Positions 8,114-15,063 of a stretch of DNA of 20,257 bases are shown here, one piece after another (positions within the stretch are counted from its first letter, which is position 1; each line of letters opens with the position of its first letter). The stretch is taken from NCBI GenBank assembly GCA_031362565.1, contig JANLSU010000104.1, positions 1-20,257 on the forward strand, given 5' to 3'. A model generated the notes under the pieces. That model worked only from the letters and a program-made list of their open reading frames with translations. It searched no databases and had not been told where the DNA came from. This stretch comes from a bacterium. GTDB taxonomy: Bacteria; Krumholzibacteriota; Krumholzibacteriia; G020349025. The translations under genes and the position numbers were made by a program.

Positions 8114-9499
8114 TCAGTTCGCCGAAACCGCCAGCGCGAACCGGGTCCAGTGGCGGTCGCGTTTCCAGGCGTCGAAGCGGCGGTGCGGCGACCGCAGCCA
8201 AGCCAAGAGATGGTCGCGGCGGCGGGCGGCCAGTGTCCGGCGCCCCAGCAGATCGAGAATTGTGCGGTACGCATGCAGGTCGCGCTGCCGAACTTGGAGT
8301 GTGGCGCCACAGCCCCGCGTCAGTACTTCGTCACCGTAGTCCTGGAAAGCCAGAGCCTCGAGAATCTCGAGGCGCGTCGTCAGTACCATGGGCGCCGGAT
8401 GCGACCGGTCGCAACGCGTCACGCGCACCACGCTCGGGCCGGCTTCTACCAGCAACGACCATTCGGGAATGTCGCGCAGGTCGATGCGACAATGGATGCC
8501 CGCATCGGGGCCGAGCACCCGATGCGCCCGGCGTACCGCATTGTCACGCAAGGCACGCTCGAGACATTCGCGGCGGGCCGCATCGCCGGCGGTTCGCTGG
8601 CGGCGCTCGGCCACCGCAAGTGCGAACACGCCGCGAACCGCCGCGTCGATTTCGTCCGGCTGCGACCGCCGTCCGCCTGCCGACAGCACCGAGTCACCGA
8701 CAACCCGGTCCCCGGGGGCGAACCACGATGTCTGCACGGTATGCCCGCCCTGCGCACGCAACACCTCGCAGGGTGACGCCGCCCGTAGGCGCTCGGCATT
8801 GATCCAGCGGGAGGCATCGTCCACGAAAACTTGTGAGCCGCCGATGGGCAGCGCCAGACGCGCGTCCAGCCGGCGCGCGACATAGGCAAACCCTTCCGCC
8901 ATGGCCCGTTCATGCGCTGCAAGTTCGTACCCGACGTCATCGGTGAGTTGAATGCCGGCGGCAAACCATGTCGAGAGACTGTACCCCACGAGTGCTGTGT
9001 CGGGACGCGGATGGCGCCGGCGGATGAGATCGCAAAAGTGGTCGATGACGGGCTGCGGTGCGGCATGCAGCGCATCATTGACGTTGACGAGCGTGCGGCC
9101 ATCCCCTTCGAGTACGAGGATGCTGTCGTCGTGATTGCGATAGAGGGTGGCATCGAGGCCGGGCGCCAGACGGCGCCGTTCACCGTGGCCGAGTTCCACG
9201 ATGTGTTCGAATCCAAGCGACTGCAGGAAATCCCGCAATCCGCTCTCGGGCAAACGCGGCACGACGAGGGCCGTGTCGCGGCGGAAGCCCCGGAGCGTGG
9301 GAACGTGCAGATGATCCTCGCGAGCGTGTGAAAGGAACACGAAATCGACCGGGCCGTCTTCGACGCCATCGGGGCGTGGCTCCGGATACTGGAACCACTG
9401 GCCGGCGAACGCGGGACCGTTCCACCAAGGATCGCAGACCATGCGCCGCCCGGCGACATCGATGACAACACTCGCGTGACCAATGTAGCGAAGCTGCAT
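8114..9499 (-). CDS. MBL-fold protein of the UlaG/CMP-Neu5Ac-hydroxylase-like type with degenerate metal motif and C-terminal extension
   Basis: MQLRYIGHASVVI, CDPWWNGPAFAGQW, FLSHAREDH (HxHxDH with the second H replaced by R), DSILVLE and LVNVND. GAGGA RBS before ATG 9499; 461 aa. The ORF-track extension to 10390 overlaps the next gene and is spurious. Confidence 0.82.
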   Translation of the reverse strand: MQLRYIGHASVVIDVAGRRMVCDPWWNGPAFAGQWFQYPEPRPDGVEDGPVDFVFLSHAREDHLHVPTLRGFRRDTALVVPRLPESGLRDFLQSLGFEHIVELGHGERRRLAPGLDATLYRNHDDSILVLEGDGRTLVNVNDALHAAPQPVIDHFCDLIRRRHPRPDTALVGYSLSTWFAAGIQLTDDVGYELAAHERAMAEGFAYVARRLDARLALPIGGSQVFVDDASRWINAERLRAASPCEVLRAQGGHTVQTSWFAPGDRVVGDSVLSAGGRRSQPDEIDAAVRGVFALAVAERRQRTAGDAARRECLERALRDNAVRRAHRVLGPDAGIHCRIDLRDIPEWSLLVEAGPSVVRVTRCDRSHPAPMVLTTRLEILEALAFQDYGDEVLTRGCGATLQVRQRDLHAYRTILDLLGRRTLAARRRDHLLAWLRSPHRRFDAWKRDRHWTRFALAVSAN

Positions 9500-9708
9500 C
9501 CGCGGTGTTCCTCGGTGGTGGGATTCGATTTCGAATACAGCGGGCGATTGAGGTGGCGTGGGTCGCGCCTGGCATGGCATGGGGCGTGCGGGTCCACGGC
9601 GGGGTTCCGGGTCGCGGCGCCACAATCCACCGCAGCAATGCGGAGGCCAGAGCCGGATGAGACACGATCGGGTGTCTCGCGATGGAATGCGGGGCCTTGT
9701 CTCGCACC

Positions 9709-10575
9709 CTAGAACGTGGCGCTGCGCTGCCCGGCCCAGTCTCGGCGCGGCCGTTGCGGCGCACGGCCCAGCCCACGAGACGCGAACCAGGACCCGAGAA
9801 GCTGCAACGCGCCCAGGGTCCAAAAGATGCTCGCACTCAGGAAGGCCGGCCGTTCGTAGATCCGCGGCGTTTGTAACCGGCGCACGAAGCCGTCCTGGCC
9901 GGCGCGCACGAGCAACCGGCGCACCGCATCGAGCCCGGCGATCTTGTCCCAGCGTAGATGATGGACGCGATCGTAGCGGTATTCGTCGACGGAATATGAA
10001 GGATGGCGCTCGAGGATCTGTGCGAGGAGCGCCGGATCGCGTCCAAGATCCTCGGCGGTTGCAATGGCGCCGTCCCGTGGCCGCACCCAGTACCAGCCGT
10101 ACGTCGGATCGAAAACCCGCCATTCTCCGTCGATCTGCACTTCCACAACGGTGTGTACGGCGCGGTCGTCCGACGCATACAGGATGGCTTTGCGAGCCGG
10201 AATTCCAGCCCGTCTCAACAACACGATCATGCTGCGCGAGGTGGCTCCACAGGGACCGCCCTGATCCACCCCGCCGGTCAAAGCCGTACGCGCCGACACG
10301 TGCAGCGGACTTGCGTGTTCGAGACGGCCGATCCATTGCTGAGCCGGCGACGCCAGCCGCTTGGCGTCGAAGTATTTCCACGTCGAACAACGATGGAAGG
10401 TCATCAACACGCGCTCGAACGCCGGTGTCCCCTCGGGAGCGATCTCACGATTGATCGTATCCAAGAAACGACTGTTTGAAATACCGACGCCAAGCGCCAA
10501 GCACCCCGCGACAGCAAAACACAGCGCGCCAACCACCAGAACCTGGGCGGTCCGGCGTCGAATCCTGCGAATCAT
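9709..10575 (-). CDS. Transglutaminase-like (Cys-His-Asp) domain protein with N- and C-terminal hydrophobic helices
   Basis: GPCGATSRSMIVLLRRAGIPARK, HTVVEVQIDGEWRVFDPT give the Cys, His and Asp triad in transglutaminase-core context. TM/signal anchor VLVVGALCFAVAGCLALGVGI and C-terminal helix FLSASIFWTLGALQLLGSWF. ATG 10575 preferred over TTG 10617, which overlaps a likely -10 box. Confidence 0.85.
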   Translation of the reverse strand: MIRRIRRRTAQVLVVGALCFAVAGCLALGVGISNSRFLDTINREIAPEGTPAFERVLMTFHRCSTWKYFDAKRLASPAQQWIGRLEHASPLHVSARTALTGGVDQGGPCGATSRSMIVLLRRAGIPARKAILYASDDRAVHTVVEVQIDGEWRVFDPTYGWYWVRPRDGAIATAEDLGRDPALLAQILERHPSYSVDEYRYDRVHHLRWDKIAGLDAVRRLLVRAGQDGFVRRLQTPRIYERPAFLSASIFWTLGALQLLGSWFASRGLGRAPQRPRRDWAGQRSATF

Positions 10576-10616
10576 ATTCTTCGCTGTTCCCCGAGGGATG
10601 AAAGTGCGGCCCCCCA

Positions 10617-10625
10617 ATCATATCA
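10617..10625 (-). promoter_or_regulatory. Putative extended -10 promoter for the transglutaminase-like gene
   Basis: TGaTATGAT on the minus strand, about 40 nt upstream of ATG 10575. Confidence 0.45.
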
Positions 10626-10794
10626 AGAACGCCCCGCCGTTTCCAGCGTTGGGATTTGCTCGCCTCATCGGACAAACAGCCTGCGATGATTTGAGGCAAC
10701 ACGCCTGATGCTGTGGAAATCCGACTCTCGATGGGCGGAGGTTTGGCCAAGTCCGAACGATGATTGCGAGTCCGATTCCGAGTCCGACTAGTCG

Positions 10795-10856
10795 CACGCC
10801 CCCGAAGACCCCCACGCACTAGCAATCGCTTCTGGCGGGGGGACGGAGGGGGTGTG
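10795..10856 (-). terminator. Imperfect GC-rich hairpin directly downstream of the EEP pair; possible terminator or 3' stabiliser
   Basis: C-runs (cgccccc, accccca) can pair with G-runs (gcgggggg, gggggtgtg) immediately after the stop at 10864. There is no clear U-tract, so confidence is low. Confidence 0.3.
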
Positions 10857-10863
10857 CACCGCA

Positions 10864-12864
10864 CTACCGCACAACCGTAACGCGCACCGTTTGCGTAGCG
10901 AAGCGCCCCGTCATGCGCACAAAGTACACGCCGGAGCCCAGCCGTTGCCCCGCCTCATCGCCACCCGTCCACCGCACCGCATGCCGTCCCGCAAAGTACT
11001 GCGCGTCTCCCAGATTCACGACGCGCCGCCCAGCAACGTCGAAAACATCGAGACGCACACCGCCCGACCGTGCCAGATCGAAGCGCAACGCCGTACCGCC
11101 CGATCCGGGCGGGTTCGGCACCGGCGCATAAAGGCGCGTCATGACCGGCAGCGTGGACGATTCGACATCGGTCGCCGTGGCGATCGAACCAGCCGCAAGC
11201 GACACCACGAGATTCGGCTGCGATTGCGCCCCTGGCAACGCTTGATCGGCGGTCGTCAACGTCAACGTCGCCGCAAAGCTCGAATCGGCAGCAGCGCCCA
11301 GCCCCGTGTCGTCGAAGTGGATCGTGAATGTCTGCGGCGTACCGGCGACCTGAACCGGGTTGAAACCGCCGACGATCGAGAACCGTCCCGATCCGCCGGT
11401 GATCGCCGCACTGGCGAGCACCAACTCGGCTTGCAGCGCATCGAAGCCGGCGTTGAACACGTCGGCTGTCTGGTCTGTGAACTGCCCGGCCAGGTGCGTC
11501 CCGAAATCGACCGCCGTGGCCTCGACCGTCGTCACGCCGTCGAGCGACGGTACCGCGTGGCGCAACACCGTGCCGGACACGGCGACGTTCGTGGTCGGGG
11601 CATCGACGGCATCGCTCGAGACGGCGACTGTTCCTGCCTTCACGCCTTCGGCGGCCGTGCTCATCGCAATCGCATGCAGTGCGGCCGGGGCGCCGGGCAC
11701 CAGCGAGAAGTTGCCGGCCGGCGCGACGAAGCCGCTGCCGACGGCCAACGAATAGTCGAGATTGTCGGCAGGGCTCGTGGCAGGATTCGTCACCGACAGG
11801 TTTTGTGAAGCGCTGGCGCCAATGAGCACACTCCCGAAGGCGATCACGCCGGGCGTTACGTCGATCTTGGCCGGCAACTGAATGTCGACGCGCACCGGCA
11901 AATGATCGCTCGCCCGGACGAGCGCATCCGCGAACACCTGGCCTTCTGGAATCACCGGCCCCGAATTGATATCCAGATTGAAATGCAGCCCGTCGTTGCC
12001 GATCGGGCGATAGGTCGCCGGGAGAATTTGCAGGCCGGTACCGTTGGTAAAAGTATATGTCGGCAGCAGCATGTCGAAGCGGTCGTCCATGCCGCCACCC
12101 GAGAAGCCGAACCCGGCGGGGCAGTTGTTCAGGCACGGGCACTGGGTGTGAATGGATGCGAAAGATCCCGAGTTGTGCCAGTTGCCGGCCGGTTGGGTGT
12201 CGAACACGCGCCCGTCGTTGTCCGCCTCGGACTCGATCAACCGGCCGTAGGCCGCTTCGGTGCTCGTGTAAATGTTGAAGTCGCCGCACAAGAGCGCATG
12301 CGTGCCGGGTGGCATGGCGTTCATGCTGTCGCGCAGGCCGACCGCCTCGGCGAAGCGCGCCGACTCGAAACCCTGCGACGCCTTCAAGTGGCACGAATAG
12401 ACCCGGAACTCGGCGGCGCTGGCGCTATAGCCCACCGGCTTCAGACGCCACACGGTCACGAAACGCAGGTTGGTCGCCGGATTCGGATAGAAGGCCCACG
12501 AGCCGAGAATCTGGACCTTGGACGGTTTGTAAAAGAGGGCGTTGTCGGTGTCATTGCCGTTATAGAACGGCGCCGCCGCCCACTGCCCGGGCTCGAGGGT
12601 ATTGAGCACGTTGTTGACGAAATCGCTCAGCCCGGGTGGATTCGTGCCCGTGCCGGTCATCTCCTGCGACACGACGACGTCGGCGCCAAGGCTCTGCAGA
12701 ATCGTGCGGTAGTAAGGGTTGCGCACACTGGACTGATTCGGGTAGTTCGTGAGGTTGTACTGCACGAACCGCAGTGCCTGTGCCCCCGGGGCGGCAAGAA
12801 CGACGAGCGCCAACGCGGCCCACAGAACGCGCCTGGGGCGCGCGTCAGCATGCAATCGGGACAC
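10864..12864 (-). CDS. Secreted endonuclease/exonuclease/phosphatase (EEP, DNase I-fold) protein with two Ig-like (choice-of-anchor D/ASH-like) repeats and a C-terminal FlgD-Ig/T9SS-like domain; copy A
   Basis: GTG start with GAAGGGG RBS and signal peptide ending AQA. EEP motifs QYN, SQE, HLKA, GDFN, DDRFD and SDHLPV. Ig-like segments (FGSV…LSVTN…VSG; VDFG…VFNAG…IHFD). C-terminal PNP…LRFDL…LDVFDVAGRRV…WTG…GSGVYFVRM. Confidence 0.88.
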   Translation of the reverse strand: MSRLHADARPRRVLWAALALVVLAAPGAQALRFVQYNLTNYPNQSSVRNPYYRTILQSLGADVVVSQEMTGTGTNPPGLSDFVNNVLNTLEPGQWAAAPFYNGNDTDNALFYKPSKVQILGSWAFYPNPATNLRFVTVWRLKPVGYSASAAEFRVYSCHLKASQGFESARFAEAVGLRDSMNAMPPGTHALLCGDFNIYTSTEAAYGRLIESEADNDGRVFDTQPAGNWHNSGSFASIHTQCPCLNNCPAGFGFSGGGMDDRFDMLLPTYTFTNGTGLQILPATYRPIGNDGLHFNLDINSGPVIPEGQVFADALVRASDHLPVRVDIQLPAKIDVTPGVIAFGSVLIGASASQNLSVTNPATSPADNLDYSLAVGSGFVAPAGNFSLVPGAPAALHAIAMSTAAEGVKAGTVAVSSDAVDAPTTNVAVSGTVLRHAVPSLDGVTTVEATAVDFGTHLAGQFTDQTADVFNAGFDALQAELVLASAAITGGSGRFSIVGGFNPVQVAGTPQTFTIHFDDTGLGAAADSSFAATLTLTTADQALPGAQSQPNLVVSLAAGSIATATDVESSTLPVMTRLYAPVPNPPGSGGTALRFDLARSGGVRLDVFDVAGRRVVNLGDAQYFAGRHAVRWTGGDEAGQRLGSGVYFVRMTGRFATQTVRVTVVR

Positions 12865-12923
12865 GGGATTCCCCTTCGATGTTTGACGACGCGCCGCAAG
12901 CGCGGCAGCAAGGCGAGAACGGG

Positions 12924-14918
12924 CTAACGGACGACGGTTACGCGCACCGTCTGCGTCGCGAAGCGACCCGTCATGCGCACGAAGTAGACGCCTGAGCCAA
13001 GCGTTTGCCCGGCGTCATCGCGGCCCGTCCAACGAACCGCGTGTGCCCCGGCAAAATACGGCGCCGATGCGAGATTGGCGACGCGCCGCCCGGCGACGTC
13101 GAAGACGTCGAGACGCACGCCGCCCGGCTGCGCGAGATCGAAGCGGAAGAGCGAACCGGCCGACCCCGGCGGGTTCGGGACCGGTGTGTAGAGGCGTGTC
13201 ACGACCGGCAGTGCCGACGACTCGACGTCGGTCGAGATCGAGTTCGCAGTCAACGCCACAACGAGATTCGGCTGCGATTGCGTCCCCGGCAGCGCCTCGT
13301 CGGCGGTCGCCAGCGTCAAGGTCGCAGCGAAGCTCGAATCGCCGGGTGCGCCGCTGTCGTCGAAGTGGATCGCGAGAGTCTGCGGTGTACCGGCGACCTG
13401 GACCGGATTGAAACCACCGACGATCGAGAACCGTCCCGATCCGCCGGTGATCGCCGCACTGCCGAGCACCAACTGCGCTTGCAACGCATCGAAACCGGCG
13501 TTGAACACGTCGAAGGTCTGGTCCACGAACTGCCCGGCCAGGTGCGTTCCGAACCCGACCGCCGTGGCCTGCACCGTCGTCACGCCGTCGAACGACGGCA
13601 CCGCGTGGCGCAGCACCGTTCCCGACAAGGCAATGTTGGTGAGCGTTGCATCGACCGCATCGCTCGTCACTGCGAGCGTCGCACCCTGCACGCCGGGCGT
13701 GGCCGTGTTCATCGAAATCGCATGCAGTGCGGCCGGGGCGCCGGGTGCGAGGGAGAAACTACCGCCGGGCGCGGTGAAGCCGCTGCCGGCGACGAACGAG
13801 TAGTCGAGGTTGTCGGCCGGGACGACGGCCGGATTCGTGACCGCCACGTCTTGCGATGCCGCGGCCCCAACGATCACGCTGCCGAACGCCATCACGCCGG
13901 GCGGCGCCAACGTGATCATCGCCGGCAGTTGCAGATCGACACGCACGGGCAGGTGATCGCTCGCCAAGACCAGCGCATCCGCGAACGGCTGGCCTTCCGG
14001 AATCAGCGGCGCGCTGTTGATGGCCTTGTTGAAATGAAACCCGTCGTTGCCGACCGGGTGGTACGTCGACGGCAGGACCTCGAGTCCGCTGCCATTGGCA
14101 AAAGCATACGTCGGCAGCAGCATGTCGAAGCGGTCATCCATGCCACCGCCCGAGAAATTGAATCCCGCCGGGCAGTTGTTCAAGCACGGGCACTGGGTGT
14201 GAATGGCTGCGAATCCCGACGCGTCATGCCAATTGCCGAGCGCATTCTGCACGTCGTACACCCGGCCGTCATTGTCGGGCAGGGACTGCACGAACCTGGC
14301 GAATGCCGCCTCGGCCGTCGAATAGATGTTGAAGTCACCGCAGAGAAGCGCATGCGTCCCGGGCGGTATCGTGTTCATGCTGTCGCGAATGCCGATTGCC
14401 TCATTGTAGCGATCGGTCTCGAAACCCTGCGAGGCCTTCAGGTGGCACGAATAGATCCGGAACTCGGCATCGCTGGCCGTGTAGCCCACTGGTTTCAGAC
14501 GCCACACGGTCACCAAGCGCAAGTTGGTGGCCGGATTCGGATAGAACGCCCACGAATCCAGGATCTGCACCTTCGAAGGCTTGTAAAAGAGCGCGTTGTT
14601 GGTGTTGTTGCCGTACCAAAACGGCGCCACCGCCCACTGGCCGGGCTCGTTGGTGTTGAGCACGTTGTTGAGGAAATCGTTCAGCCCGGGTGGGTTCGTT
14701 CCGAAGCCCGTCATCTCCTGCGTCACGACCACATCGGCGCCGAGATTCTGAAAAATGGTGCGGTAGTACGGATTCCGGATGAAAGATTGGAACGGGTAGT
14801 TCGTGATGTTGTACTGCACGACCCGTAACGCTTGCGCGCCCGGTGCGGCGAGAACGACCACGGCAAACACGAACCCCACAACGCGTCGCGCGTGCGCGCC
14901 AGTTTGCAATCGGGACAC
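12924..14918 (-). CDS. Secreted EEP (DNase I-fold) protein with Ig-like repeats and C-terminal FlgD-Ig/T9SS-like domain; copy B, tandem paralog
   Basis: Same architecture and catalytic motifs as copy A, colinear over the whole length. About 50 differences in about 215 residues hand-aligned in the catalytic domain. GTG start with GAGGG RBS. Confidence 0.88.
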   Translation of the reverse strand: MSRLQTGAHARRVVGFVFAVVVLAAPGAQALRVVQYNITNYPFQSFIRNPYYRTIFQNLGADVVVTQEMTGFGTNPPGLNDFLNNVLNTNEPGQWAVAPFWYGNNTNNALFYKPSKVQILDSWAFYPNPATNLRLVTVWRLKPVGYTASDAEFRIYSCHLKASQGFETDRYNEAIGIRDSMNTIPPGTHALLCGDFNIYSTAEAAFARFVQSLPDNDGRVYDVQNALGNWHDASGFAAIHTQCPCLNNCPAGFNFSGGGMDDRFDMLLPTYAFANGSGLEVLPSTYHPVGNDGFHFNKAINSAPLIPEGQPFADALVLASDHLPVRVDLQLPAMITLAPPGVMAFGSVIVGAAASQDVAVTNPAVVPADNLDYSFVAGSGFTAPGGSFSLAPGAPAALHAISMNTATPGVQGATLAVTSDAVDATLTNIALSGTVLRHAVPSFDGVTTVQATAVGFGTHLAGQFVDQTFDVFNAGFDALQAQLVLGSAAITGGSGRFSIVGGFNPVQVAGTPQTLAIHFDDSGAPGDSSFAATLTLATADEALPGTQSQPNLVVALTANSISTDVESSALPVVTRLYTPVPNPPGSAGSLFRFDLAQPGGVRLDVFDVAGRRVANLASAPYFAGAHAVRWTGRDDAGQTLGSGVYFVRMTGRFATQTVRVTVVR

Positions 14919-15013
14919 GGGATTCCCTCGTTGTTTGGCGTCGCGCCGGGAACCCAGAGGATGGCTCCCGCAGGAGGGAGGAGGCCGGCTGCGCGCTCTT
15001 GTTTCTGGCTTTG

Positions 15014-15042
15014 ATTCTAGGGGATCCAGACACTTCCGGCAA
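15014..15042 (-). promoter_or_regulatory. Putative sigma70-type promoter for the EEP pair
   Basis: TTGCCG (15042-15037), 17-nt spacer, TAGAAT (15019-15014), about 95 nt upstream of GTG 14918. Confidence 0.6.
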
Positions 15043-15063
15043 GCGCTCGCGGCGGCACGGAGT

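Larger units (their letters stand above)
10864..14947. repeat. Direct tandem duplication of an ~2.03-kb unit (~10864-12896 and ~12924-14947)
   Basis: The paralogous CDSs share an identical tgcaatcgggacacgggattccc across the start codon and RBS. Similarity continues about 30 nt upstream (tcgatgtttgacgacgcgccg vs tcgttgtttggcgtcgcgccg). Confidence 0.9.

Noticed and set aside
9500..10390. N-terminal 297-aa extension of the MBL ORF, suggesting a large fusion or overlapping gene
   Set aside because: It overlaps the transglutaminase gene in another frame and is low-complexity Arg/Pro/Ala. The MBL fold begins at ATG 9499 with its own RBS.
13005..14828. 607-aa plus-strand ORF, and similar ORFs at 10852-11808 and 11902-12927
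   Set aside because: Antisense shadows of the EEP genes. The equivalent frame is interrupted in the other copy, so it is not conserved as a gene.
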